Assembly: GCF_003086415.1 (NCBI RefSeq)
Contig: NZ_QEFP02000016.1
Location: 1-32,000 of the forward strand
Direction of reading: 5' to 3'
Source: Candidatus Nanobsidianus stetteri
GTDB taxonomy: Archaea; Nanobdellota; Nanobdellia; Nanobdellales; Nanobdellaceae
Length of the DNA stretch: 32,000 nucleotides
Shown here: piece after piece, positions 16,358-25,642 of the stretch
Position numbering within the stretch: the stretch's first letter is position 1
Layout of the letters: the number at the start of each line of letters is the position of its first letter
Program-made: the position numbers and the translations under genes
The notes under the pieces: generated by a model
Databases searched by the model: none
The model's input: the letters and a program-made list of their open reading frames with translations, nothing else
What the model was told of the DNA's origin: nothing

Positions 16358-16513
16358 ATGGCAGAACAATATATGGCATACTGCGTCAGATGTAAGAAAA
16401 AGGTACCAGTACAGAATCCACAAAAGATTACATTAAAGAATGGAAGAACAGCAATAAAGGGAACATGTCCATATTGTAAGGGAACAGTATACGTATTTGT
16501 TAAGTCTGAATAG
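16358..16513 (+). CDS. Small zinc-ribbon protein (51 aa, DUF5679-like), absent from the ORF track
   Basis: It translates as MAEQYMAYCVRCKKKVPVQNPQKITLKNGRTAIKGTCPYCKGTVYVFVKSE, with CxxC...CxxC. Its GC is higher than the surrounding spacer, and an AT-rich promoter-like stretch lies upstream. Confidence 0.6.
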   Translation: MAEQYMAYCVRCKKKVPVQNPQKITLKNGRTAIKGTCPYCKGTVYVFVKSE

Positions 16514-16514
16514 G

Positions 16515-18272
16515 TTATTCAAAATATATTCCTTTTTGTTTTTGTATAAGATCTAATCTACTATTTTGTTTATTAATTCTTGGTCTTTTTGTTTCTTCAT
16601 CAGTTCTCATTGTTATATTTAATTGTTTTAAAAATATATTTAATCCTTCCTTATTTTCATATATACCTAAAGCTTTTCCATATTTACCAGGTTCTCCTAT
16701 AAATACTAAAATCCTATCAGAAATCCAGTTCAAAAATATTAAATCATGATCTACAACTAGACAAGCTTTTCCCCTAATTTTTATTATATCTCTTATAAAT
16801 TTTGATAAAACCAATCTTTGTTCTATATCTAAATTTGCAAATGGTTCATCTATTAAATATAAATCTGCATCTTTTATCAATGTACCAAATGTATATACTG
16901 CCTGTAATTCTCCTCCAGATAGTGTATTAACCTCTCTATCTAATAAATCAGAAATATTTAACATTGATAAATATTCTTTATAATCTTCCTTATATTTTTC
17001 ATTAAAACTTTTCAAAAATTGATCTACAGTTATATTATAATTGGAAAAATCGTAAAATTGTGGTTTATATGATATTGTTATATTCTTTGATATATTTCCC
17101 TCATATTTTATTTCTCCAGCTAAGGCTTTTACAAAAGTACTTTTTCCAACCCCATTTCTTCCCAATACCCCTATTATTTCATTTTCCCTTATATATCCAG
17201 GATTTACTTCAAGTTTAAAGTTATCTAAATTTACTATGACATTTTCCCATTCAACAATCTTTTTTCCAAATTTTACATCAGTATAACTTTTTACATCCAA
17301 CCTTATCGGTTTGTCCCTTATCTTTAAATTTTCTCTCTTTATAAATCCATTCAAATAATCATTTATACCTTCTTTTGCTCCAACAGGATATGAAAAAGCA
17401 CCATATGCCTTTTGTATACCATAAACAACATGTATTATATCAGAAATTGAATCTAAAAATAATAAATCATGATCTATTATTAATATCGTATCTTTTTCCT
17501 TTATTTCATTTAAATTATTTAATATTCTCAATCTTTCATATATATCTAAATAATTTGTAACTTCATCAATTAACAATAAATTATGTTCCTTATATACTGA
17601 AAATATATATAATACTTTCTGAAATTCTCCTCCAGATAGATCTCCAATTTTTCTATCCAATATATTTTCTATTTCAAATTTCTTTGATATTTCATCTAAA
17701 TTATTTATAACTTTTGATAATAATTCTCTAACTGTTTTATCCTTTAACATATTTTTTATTTGAGTAATATTTTGAGGTTTATATGAAATTATTACTTTAT
17801 TACTGTATAATTTTTCAAAATATGATTGAAGTTCTGTACCTCTAAATTCTTTTATAATTTCTTTATCATCATATTTTTTACTAAAATCACCAAAATTTGG
17901 CTTTAATAAACCAGCTATTATATTTATTGCTGTACTTTTTCCCATTCCATTTCTTCCAATTATTCCAATAACTTTTCCTTCCTTAATTATTGGTAATCTA
18001 TACAATCTAAATGTATTTGGACCATATTGAAATACGGGTCTTTCATCAGGTTCTTTTGTTAAATTTATAATAATTATTGCATTAAATGGACATTTTTTTA
18101 CACATATTCCACATCCAATACATAAAGACTCATCGATAGATGGTTTTTTATCTTGTAAAATATTAAATATTTTTAAATTATTTTTTTGAACAGGACATAC
18201 TTTCATACACATATAATCACATTTTTCAGGAGCCTTACATCTATCCCTATCAATTACAGCGATTCTTTTCAT
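16515..18272 (-). CDS. abce1: ABCE1 / RNase L inhibitor homolog (ribosome recycling ATPase)
   Basis: The N-terminal 2x[4Fe-4S] region (CKAPEKCDYMCMKVCPV, CIGCGICVKKCPFNAI) is followed by two ABC cassettes (GRNGMGKST, GRNGVGKST, LSGGE x2). Confidence 0.92.
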   Translation of the reverse strand: MKRIAVIDRDRCKAPEKCDYMCMKVCPVQKNNLKIFNILQDKKPSIDESLCIGCGICVKKCPFNAIIIINLTKEPDERPVFQYGPNTFRLYRLPIIKEGKVIGIIGRNGMGKSTAINIIAGLLKPNFGDFSKKYDDKEIIKEFRGTELQSYFEKLYSNKVIISYKPQNITQIKNMLKDKTVRELLSKVINNLDEISKKFEIENILDRKIGDLSGGEFQKVLYIFSVYKEHNLLLIDEVTNYLDIYERLRILNNLNEIKEKDTILIIDHDLLFLDSISDIIHVVYGIQKAYGAFSYPVGAKEGINDYLNGFIKRENLKIRDKPIRLDVKSYTDVKFGKKIVEWENVIVNLDNFKLEVNPGYIRENEIIGVLGRNGVGKSTFVKALAGEIKYEGNISKNITISYKPQFYDFSNYNITVDQFLKSFNEKYKEDYKEYLSMLNISDLLDREVNTLSGGELQAVYTFGTLIKDADLYLIDEPFANLDIEQRLVLSKFIRDIIKIRGKACLVVDHDLIFLNWISDRILVFIGEPGKYGKALGIYENKEGLNIFLKQLNITMRTDEETKRPRINKQNSRLDLIQKQKGIYFE

Positions 18273-20071
18273 ACTAATTTAAATTCTATTTTACTTTTAT
18301 TATTTATGGCTTCTAATATTTCTTTTCCTATCTCAGAATTTAGATCCAAAACAATTTTTCCCTTTTTATTTATCTTAAATTTTCCAATTAATTCCCCATT
18401 TATATATAGTTCTACTTCTCTTTTTCTAAATAAATTATTAAACATTATTGTAAGATAATCTTTGGATATTTCATAATCAAAATTTATAATTTCATTTAAT
18501 TTTTCAGCATTTTTTATTTCAATTCTTAAATTATATTTATCCCTTATACTCATTAAATATCTTTTTTCATTCCTAATAAATTTTCTTTTAAGTTCTTTTG
18601 GAATATAAAATATTATCCTATCATCCAAAACTTCTAAATAAATATTATTATATTTTCTTTTATATTCTATATTTAATAGATCTTCTAAAAATCTTTGAAT
18701 TCCAGATTTTAGTCTATATTTTTTAATTGGAACAACCATTATCTCTTCTCCAAAAGTATATATTTCATATTCTAAATCGTTTGTTAGAAAATCTCTTACT
18801 TCAACAACAGGTCTTGCCAAATCTTCTTCCTTTAAACCATGTGGAATTTTAACAGTTAGATTTAAATAATATACCTTTTCTATTTGTCCTTTATTTATAT
18901 ATATTATTGTATCAATTATTTGAGGAATCAAACCAAGTTCAGTCCTTGATAATAACCTATGAACAATATCTATTGGCCTTTCAGCATGCGCGACACCAAT
19001 CATTCCAATCCCTGCTAGTCTTAAATCTATATATAATTTAAAGTCTCTAGTATCTCTCATTTCATCAAATATTACATAATCTGGTCTTGATAATAATAAT
19101 ATATTATGTATTTCCTCATCCGTAGAATAATTTTTTGAATATTGAACAATATCTGGAGATAATATTAAATCTCTTGGAGATTCCACAGTTTTAACAATCT
19201 TTTTCATACTTAAATAATATTCTGCTAAAGCTTGAGCAAATGTTGTTTTTCCAGAACCAGGTTTTCCAACAATTATAATTCCCTCGGATTTTTCTTTTAA
19301 TCTTTCAAGTATTCTTTCATTCAAATTATAATCTTCTATCCTTAATATTTTTGATGGTTTAACAATTGTTATTTCATATGCGTCAGATAATGGTGGTTTC
19401 ACAATTACAATTCTAAAAATTCCTAACTGAATAATTAAACTATTTTTTCTTTCTTCTTCTATAAATGAATCCCTTCTATTTCTAGCAATATATATTATTT
19501 TATCAATTAAATCTTCCATATCTTTATTTCCATATACTTTATCTACTTCTTCCAAATACCATTCTCCAGGTTTTCCCCTTTTTCTTTTTACTTTTGTATT
19601 TTCAATAATATGAACAGATATTGTATCATCAGTAAATAGATCTAAAAAAGGTGGATTTTCCGTTGAAACATCCTCCTTTTCAATTAATAAACAATCAACA
19701 TTATATACTTTAGCAGTTTCATATAATATCTTATCAGATGTTAATAATGTAGATCCTGTATCTCTTGCAATTTTAATAATTAAGTAATCTATATATCCAT
19801 GCTTTGCCAATTTTATTTGTTCTAATGTTGGCTTTTCACCTAATATTGTTACTTTATAATTATATTTTTCTGACAATTCTCTAATTTTTTGCAATTCCTT
19901 TAAACCAATCAATCCTTTTTCAAGACCTTTGTTTGCCTGTGCTTGTAATTCATCAATTACTGGTACAGGTATTATTACTTCATTAAAAGAAATACTATTA
20001 TTTAATAAAGATTTTGATATATATTCATCAATCACTACTGATGTATCTAATGTTATTTTATTTAATTTCAT
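18269..20071 (-). CDS. PIN domain / PilT-like ATPase / KH domain protein (COG1855-like)
   Basis: N-terminal PIN-like region (ITLDTSVVIDE), Walker A GKPGSGKTT, Walker B-like VIFDEMR and a C-terminal KH-like region. It overlaps the ABCE1 start by 4 nt (ATGA). Confidence 0.8.
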   Translation of the reverse strand: MKLNKITLDTSVVIDEYISKSLLNNSISFNEVIIPVPVIDELQAQANKGLEKGLIGLKELQKIRELSEKYNYKVTILGEKPTLEQIKLAKHGYIDYLIIKIARDTGSTLLTSDKILYETAKVYNVDCLLIEKEDVSTENPPFLDLFTDDTISVHIIENTKVKRKRGKPGEWYLEEVDKVYGNKDMEDLIDKIIYIARNRRDSFIEEERKNSLIIQLGIFRIVIVKPPLSDAYEITIVKPSKILRIEDYNLNERILERLKEKSEGIIIVGKPGSGKTTFAQALAEYYLSMKKIVKTVESPRDLILSPDIVQYSKNYSTDEEIHNILLLSRPDYVIFDEMRDTRDFKLYIDLRLAGIGMIGVAHAERPIDIVHRLLSRTELGLIPQIIDTIIYINKGQIEKVYYLNLTVKIPHGLKEEDLARPVVEVRDFLTNDLEYEIYTFGEEIMVVPIKKYRLKSGIQRFLEDLLNIEYKRKYNNIYLEVLDDRIIFYIPKELKRKFIRNEKRYLMSIRDKYNLRIEIKNAEKLNEIINFDYEISKDYLTIMFNNLFRKREVELYINGELIGKFKINKKGKIVLDLNSEIGKEILEAINNKSKIEFKLV

Positions 20072-20339
20072 TAATTATTTTATTATATTCTTTCTCAAAA
20101 CTATTTAACCTATCTAGAGCCCTCTTTATTGCATCTATTAATACTTCCCTTGGTTTTCTCTTTCCATCAGTCTTTATATATAAATAAATATCTTTTATTA
20201 ATGGGTGATTTTCCTTCCAGGCAGCAATTATTACATTTGGATCTTTATCTAACTCTTCCTTTAATAACATAGATATTGTTGCCTTATCATTTTCAAATAT
20301 TATTTCCATTTCTGTTTCACTTTCCTTATTTATTTTCAT
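20058..20339 (-). CDS. rpoL: DNA-directed RNA polymerase subunit L (Rpo11)
   Basis: MEIIFEN...LLKEELDKDPNVIIAAWKENHPLIKDIYLYIKTDG...EVLIDAIKRAL fits the Rpo11 pattern (...V.fAaY...HPl......l.i.T.g....al..A). The EDHT motif is diverged. Confidence 0.6.
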   Translation of the reverse strand: MKINKESETEMEIIFENDKATISMLLKEELDKDPNVIIAAWKENHPLIKDIYLYIKTDGKRKPREVLIDAIKRALDRLNSFEKEYNKIINEIK

Positions 20340-20362
20340 TTCTATTATATTATATAAATATT

Positions 20363-22015
20363 TTATATAACTTTATCTCTTAACTTTCTTATTTCAAAAT
20401 TAAATAAATTAACACCCAAAACCTCTCCATTTTTTATATTTCTCAAAAATAAAATACCTGGTTCTGGTTTATGACCTAATTCTCTTTGATATGGAGTTAT
20501 ATCTTGAAAAGTAGATGAATTAATTAGATCTATTCCTCTATATTCATCATAAGATGCTCTGTGTATGTGACCTGTATGAAAAAAATCTGGTACAATTTCT
20601 ATTACAGATGGATCATCATTTATATATGGAACATATGGATTTGATCCATGAGATGGGAATATTAATCTTAACATTAACATAAACTTCATTAATTCTCCAG
20701 GTTTTTCATATCCTCCCTTTTCTCTTAAAAAAGAAATATTTGATACTAACCAATCTAAAACATATCCATGATATAATAACCCAATAATTGAATTATGTAT
20801 TTTTACATATGATGGATTTGACAAATAATAAATATTCTTCATTGAATAAGATTCCCTTAACAATGATCTTGGTAATTCTGGTTGTGGTTCTGCTAACCTT
20901 GGAATATCGTGATTTCCTGGTACAATAATTGTCTTTATACTTTCAGGTATTTTTAATATATAATCTTCAAAACTTTTATATTGGTCTTCATATGTTTTTA
21001 AAACCAATTCCTCTTTTTGTTCTGGATAAACACCAACTCCATCTACTACATCTCCTATAATTATAATATAACCAATCTTTCTTGCAATTTCATCTATTTT
21101 TTCATTTCCTGTTTTTCCATTTACAAATTTTAAAAACCTGTCAAATAGTTCATAAAATGTATACTTATTCCCTACCTGCCAATCACCGGTGAATAATATA
21201 TATACATCATCTTCTCCAAATGTTTTTGGTTTTCTTACAGGAACATTTGGTAATATTATATTATTTGCAAAAAACATTTTATTTTTATATGTACCAACTA
21301 AACCAATAACAGAATCTAATGGTATATCTTTAACTATTTTAAAATCTATATTTTCATTATCTTTACTCACAAAAGCTTTTATAATATTATTTCCATCTTC
21401 TATAATAAAAGTTATTCCCTTTTCGGTTATTTTTTTATCATATACCAATCCAACAATTGCAACCTCCTCATTTTCAGGTATCTTATCTAAAGGATATATA
21501 TTCCTCATTTCAGAATGTTCCCTTAATATTTTCTTTATCTTATTTAATCTTTGTTTATAATATGATATCCAGGATATTATATCAGGCTTATTTTTTTGTA
21601 TTTCAAACCTTTTCAGAATATTTATTTCTTTTGTTTCCTTCATTTCCTTTACCGATAATTCAATTTCTTCTCCAATATGTTTTTTTGTACTTTCTATAAG
21701 AACAACATTATTACTTTCTTTTTCTATATTTTGTTTATTTTCCTTTATATTAAAGAAATCTTTTATATTTATTTTATTTTGTTTTTTATTTACATTATTT
21801 TCTTTCTTTTCAACATTTTCTTTATTATTATTAATATTTTTTCCAATTATTCTATTAATAAATTCTTCATCTATTATTTTTATATTATTTTTTATTGCTT
21901 CTTTAAATATAATATCTAAATCTTCCTCTTTTAAAGAATCTAAAAGATCAGCTACTTTTTTTAAAGGTATTATACCATTTTCCAATAATAAATTTATGAA
22001 ATCCTCTTTTTTCAT
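20363..22015 (-). CDS. DNA polymerase D (Pol II) small subunit DP1
   Basis: Calcineurin-like phosphoesterase motifs are present (FTGDWQVG, IIIGDVVDG, VPGNHD, TGHIH). An OB-like middle region and a low-complexity N-terminal linker are also present. Its position directly downstream of cdc6 is classic. Confidence 0.85.
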   Translation of the reverse strand: MKKEDFINLLLENGIIPLKKVADLLDSLKEEDLDIIFKEAIKNNIKIIDEEFINRIIGKNINNNKENVEKKENNVNKKQNKINIKDFFNIKENKQNIEKESNNVVLIESTKKHIGEEIELSVKEMKETKEINILKRFEIQKNKPDIISWISYYKQRLNKIKKILREHSEMRNIYPLDKIPENEEVAIVGLVYDKKITEKGITFIIEDGNNIIKAFVSKDNENIDFKIVKDIPLDSVIGLVGTYKNKMFFANNIILPNVPVRKPKTFGEDDVYILFTGDWQVGNKYTFYELFDRFLKFVNGKTGNEKIDEIARKIGYIIIIGDVVDGVGVYPEQKEELVLKTYEDQYKSFEDYILKIPESIKTIIVPGNHDIPRLAEPQPELPRSLLRESYSMKNIYYLSNPSYVKIHNSIIGLLYHGYVLDWLVSNISFLREKGGYEKPGELMKFMLMLRLIFPSHGSNPYVPYINDDPSVIEIVPDFFHTGHIHRASYDEYRGIDLINSSTFQDITPYQRELGHKPEPGILFLRNIKNGEVLGVNLFNFEIRKLRDKVI

Positions 22016-23244
22016 ATATCTTTTTTTATTTTTTCATATATTTTTTTAAGGTTATCAACATCGGATATTATCTTTAATACTTTGTTTACACCCCTTTTTC
22101 CATTAGATATTATTTTTGATTCAATTAATTCTCCAAATATACTCTCTATTTTCTTTAAATTTTTATATACTACCGTTTTATCTAGAATAGATATTCCAAA
22201 GTTATTGGATAAATTTACGTATTCTTCATAAAGATTGTTAAATGTTACAAAATCTTCGCTTTTTATTTGTTCTTTTATTAAAGCCAATAATATTAATTTT
22301 TGTGTTTTATTTAGAGTACTTATTATAGATTCTAATATATTTAAATCAACGCTAGAAAAGGCCTCATCTATATCTTCTCTATCTATTTTTTCCTTATTTT
22401 TATTATATGCAATTGTTGCTGATAATCTTAATACATTTATTGCGATTCTTGCATCTCCAGAAAATTCTTTAGAAACTTTTGCAGATATATAATTTATATC
22501 TTCTTCAGATATTGAACCTGGCTTTAGAGCTTTTATAGCTCTATCTTTTAGAATTTCTCTAAGTTCATAATAATTATATGGAGAAAACTTTACCTGAATT
22601 ATTGATGAAAATGATGATTTTACTCTTTGATCTAATTGAGATATAAAGGAAGGAGAATTAGAAATGAGTATTAATCTTATTCTATTTAAAAAGTTTATAT
22701 CATAATTTCTTAATAGTAAATATAATATTTCTGTATTTTCAGATTTTCTAAATATGGTATCTACCTCATCTAATATTATTATTAGCTTATAATCATTATT
22801 AATTATAAATTTATATATATTTTCGTATATATCATTCTTTCTAAATCCACTTTTTATATTTATATTTGCTAATTCTTCGTATATTCTCTTAAATATATAA
22901 TAATCTACATCATCTGATAATATTTGTTTACAATTTATATATGCAACCTTCACTTTTAATTTATTTTTTGCTGAATAAAATGATATACCTTTATTTAAAT
23001 ATCTAGCTATTAATGTTTTTCCAGTACCTGTAGTTCCATATAAAAATAAGTTACTTCCAGTGTTTCTATTTAAAAATAAGTTTATATTTGATAATATAAT
23101 TTCTTTTTCTTTATCTCTAAATTTTATTTCGTATGGAATAAAATCTTCTTCAAAATATCTTCCATCTACAATAAGGTTTTTATTTTTGTTTGATATTTTT
23201 TCAAAATCTGCCAAAAAATAATCTATTATTGAATTTGTCATCAT
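22012..23244 (-). CDS. cdc6: Orc1/Cdc6 replication initiator
   Basis: Walker A LFLYGTTGTGKT, Walker B IIILDEVD, sensor regions and a C-terminal winged-helix-like part. A duplicated TTTTATAAAA lies 10-31 nt upstream of the ATG. Confidence 0.9.
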   Translation of the reverse strand: MMTNSIIDYFLADFEKISNKNKNLIVDGRYFEEDFIPYEIKFRDKEKEIILSNINLFLNRNTGSNLFLYGTTGTGKTLIARYLNKGISFYSAKNKLKVKVAYINCKQILSDDVDYYIFKRIYEELANINIKSGFRKNDIYENIYKFIINNDYKLIIILDEVDTIFRKSENTEILYLLLRNYDINFLNRIRLILISNSPSFISQLDQRVKSSFSSIIQVKFSPYNYYELREILKDRAIKALKPGSISEEDINYISAKVSKEFSGDARIAINVLRLSATIAYNKNKEKIDREDIDEAFSSVDLNILESIISTLNKTQKLILLALIKEQIKSEDFVTFNNLYEEYVNLSNNFGISILDKTVVYKNLKKIESIFGELIESKIISNGKRGVNKVLKIISDVDNLKKIYEKIKKDI

Positions 23245-23568
23245 AATATCTTATTTTATAAAAAATTTTATAAAACATTTTTGCAATCGATTTAAAAACA
23301 TCAAAACATCCTTTTTATCCCTTAAAATAATAAGTTTTCAATTGATTTTTAAAAAATCGTCCCTAAATTTTTTCCATAATTGATTTTTCCTTCTAAATAT
23401 ATCTATATGTTTCCTGTTTAAAAATATTGCTTATCAAAAGGTTTATAAAAGATATTTATAAATTTTTTGGTACACCAATGTCAAAATGTAAGTCTGTTAT
23501 ATTATATTTGCCAACCTTTTATATACTACTAATTAGTAATTAATTGTTTTATTTGCTCTTATCCAAAA
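23245..23568. other. Candidate replication origin / cdc6 control region
   Basis: This 324-bp non-coding stretch lies upstream of cdc6. It holds three copies of (C/T)AAT(C/T)GATTT (23284, 23339, 23377), a tandem AAAACATC x2 (23295-23310), the TTCCATAATTGATTTTTCC element and the palindrome TTGGTACACCAA (23467-23478). Confidence 0.35.
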
Positions 23569-24585
23569 TTATCCTAATATATTTTGAAGACGGTGTTCCC
23601 TATAATTTTTTAAAATTTTCTTTAACCTTTCTTCATCAATATCTTTCTCTATTATATTAGATTTTTCCTCATGAAACTTTTCAACAATAATAAAATTTTT
23701 TAGTTCTTTAAATTCATCTACAACATAGAATTTTGGAAAAATATTTTTAGCTTCTATAAAGTTTTCTTTTTTTACGAAGAATTTCACATCTTTACTTTTA
23801 TAATATGTAATATATTCCTCTTTAAATTCATCTATAAATATTCTATTATAATAAATTTTATTCAAATATAAAAAAGAAATTTTTGGTATAATATTATCAT
23901 CATTTTTTAATCTTTCAGTTAAAATCTTAGATAAAATATTATAATCATTTAACAATTCAATATATTTTTTGTTTAATTCTTCTATTATTTTTTCATTTTC
24001 TTCTTTATCTTTTTTATTCTTTACAATAACTTTTATTATTTCAATATCTCCTTTATCTCTTTTTATTTTCTTTCTTTTCTTCTTTTCTTTTATTTCTTTT
24101 TCCTTTTCTCTTAAATTATTTTTTACTGCTACAGCTTCTACTTTTCTATTTTTTAATATATATTTTAATATTTTGATGTATTCATCTTGATTTTCAGAAA
24201 CTCTCTTAGCCTTTTCAAATATTTCCTTTAACTTTTTTAATGCTTCTATTGCAGATATATATGCGTCAAATTCATGATTATTTTCAAATATTTTCTTTAA
24301 ATTATCATCCTTATAGTATTTATTTTTTATTTCTAAACTAATATCTTCCTTTGGACTATATATACCAATATTTAGTTTTGATGCTATATCTAATATTGTT
24401 TTTGGTATTTCTTTTTTATCTGTAGCAATAAGTACAACATACTTTAAATCACTTATATATTTAATAATATCTTCATTTTGTATATTTTTTCCACTTAATT
24501 TATCAACTATATTTACATTATCATCTATAACAACTAATCCCAAATTTGTACCTGGATCTATCCCAACAATTAGGGATTTTAGCAT
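23569..24585 (-). CDS. DUF460/COG2433-like protein with an N-terminal RuvC/YqgF-type RNase H fold
   Basis: LIVGIDPGTNLGLVVID at the N-terminus (RNase H-fold nuclease signature), a central K/E-rich coiled coil, and an archaeal-type architecture. Confidence 0.5.
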   Translation of the reverse strand: MLKSLIVGIDPGTNLGLVVIDDNVNIVDKLSGKNIQNEDIIKYISDLKYVVLIATDKKEIPKTILDIASKLNIGIYSPKEDISLEIKNKYYKDDNLKKIFENNHEFDAYISAIEALKKLKEIFEKAKRVSENQDEYIKILKYILKNRKVEAVAVKNNLREKEKEIKEKKKRKKIKRDKGDIEIIKVIVKNKKDKEENEKIIEELNKKYIELLNDYNILSKILTERLKNDDNIIPKISFLYLNKIYYNRIFIDEFKEEYITYYKSKDVKFFVKKENFIEAKNIFPKFYVVDEFKELKNFIIVEKFHEEKSNIIEKDIDEERLKKILKNYREHRLQNILG

Positions 24586-24657
24586 TATTATAATTATTTT
24601 AATTTTTTCCTTAAAAATCTATATTCCTTTTAAATCTTACTAATATATTATTAATAA

Positions 24658-25020
24658 ATGCCAAATGACTGGTCATATTTAGTAGAATTACAAAAAAATA
24701 AACCAGGTACTTTGACAAAGATACTTAAAAATAATGCACCAAAATATGTAAAAGAAGAAGTTAGAAGATTAATCAAAGAAGGTAAGATTAAAAATATACA
24801 AGAATTAGTACAAAAAGCAGTAAGTGAAAATAAGAGTTTAATAAAAGTATTAGAAGAATATGGAATTAAAAATAAGGAAAGAAAATTTGGAAAGGGAAGT
24901 ATAAGATGTATAATATGTGGTTCTCATGATAGAGTTATTAGAAGATATAAAATACATATATGTGGAAGATGTTTTAGAGAAATGGCAAAAGAATTAGGAT
25001 TTAAAGTTATGGGAGAATAA
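24658..25020 (+). CDS. rps14: Ribosomal protein uS14 (zinc type) with an unusual N-terminal extension of about 65 aa
   Basis: The C-terminal 55 aa, KFGKGSIRCIICGSHDRVIRRYKIHICGRCFREMAKELGFK, is a canonical archaeal uS14. There is no internal Met before this module, and the ORF starts right after an AT-rich promoter region. Confidence 0.8.
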   Translation: MPNDWSYLVELQKNKPGTLTKILKNNAPKYVKEEVRRLIKEGKIKNIQELVQKAVSENKSLIKVLEEYGIKNKERKFGKGSIRCIICGSHDRVIRRYKIHICGRCFREMAKELGFKVMGE

Positions 25021-25394
25021 TGGTAGATATAATTAATGATTTCTTCTCTCACGCTACAAATTGTATAAATGTTGGAAAAAGAGAGGTAGAATTTAATTAT
25101 TATAATAAATTATTATTGAATATTTTAGAAAAATTAAAAGAATATAAATTTGTTGAAGAATATAAAACAGAAGGAAAAAAGATAATTGCTAGATTTTCTG
25201 AATACTTTAATTTTGGAAAAGCAATTCATCCAAGATATCCTGTATCATATAAAGAATTAGAAAAGTATGAAAAAAGATATTTACCTGCAAGTGGTTTTGG
25301 AATATTATTAGTATCTACTAATAAAGGAATTAAAACAAATGAAGAATGTAAAAGGGAAAAAATAGGGGGTGTTTTAGTTGCTGTAGTTTATTAA
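25020..25394 (+). CDS. rps8: Ribosomal protein uS8
   Basis: The N-terminal D.I.D....I.N pattern (VDIINDFFSHATNCINVGK), the ending GGVLVAVVY and the position after uS14. Confidence 0.85.
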   Translation: MVDIINDFFSHATNCINVGKREVEFNYYNKLLLNILEKLKEYKFVEEYKTEGKKIIARFSEYFNFGKAIHPRYPVSYKELEKYEKRYLPASGFGILLVSTNKGIKTNEECKREKIGGVLVAVVY

Positions 25395-25642
25395 AGCTTT
25401 TTAAGATATTCTTCTAATTTTTCTCTTAATTCCTTATTATTTAATATAGACTCTATTTCAGATAATTTTCCTTCTATAGATAATAATTTTCTATATAATA
25501 TACCTAAAGCAATCCACATTTGTACTTTCGATGGATTATCAGAATTTTCATATACATCTTTATATTTTTTTGTCTCTTCTATTAATGATTTTACAAAATC
25601 TCTAAATACGGGATCTAAACTATCCTTCCAATCAGAGGCCAT
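25391..25642 (-). CDS. Hypothetical 83-aa helical protein, apparently co-transcribed downstream of uL18
   Basis: The ORF overlaps the uL18 3' end by 11 nt. The predicted protein is helical and no motif was recognised. Confidence 0.45.
   Translation of the reverse strand: MASDWKDSLDPVFRDFVKSLIEETKKYKDVYENSDNPSKVQMWIALGILYRKLLSIEGKLSEIESILNNKELREKLEEYLKKL

Noticed and set aside
17375-18458. Plus-strand ORFs 17375-17560 and 18186-18458 within ABCE1 and the PilT-like ATPase
   Set aside because: They are antisense to highly conserved genes and contain no motif.
21700-21900. Repetitive-looking K/N/E/I-rich stretch in the DP1 N-terminal linker, considered as a possible DNA tandem repeat
   Set aside because: I could trace no exact periodic unit. 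It looks like compositional low complexity in a flexible linker and not a true repeat array.
21189-22492. Plus-strand ORFs 21189-21560, 21457-21699, 21677-21919 and 22235-22492 within PolD DP1 and cdc6
   Set aside because: They are antisense to conserved genes. Their extreme F/I/L/Y composition mirrors the K/N/E-rich sense strand.
23969-24190. 73-aa antisense ORF in the DUF460-like gene, and the K/E-rich central segment of that gene
   Set aside because: The ORF is antisense to the coiled-coil region. The K/E run is a protein linker and not a repeat element.
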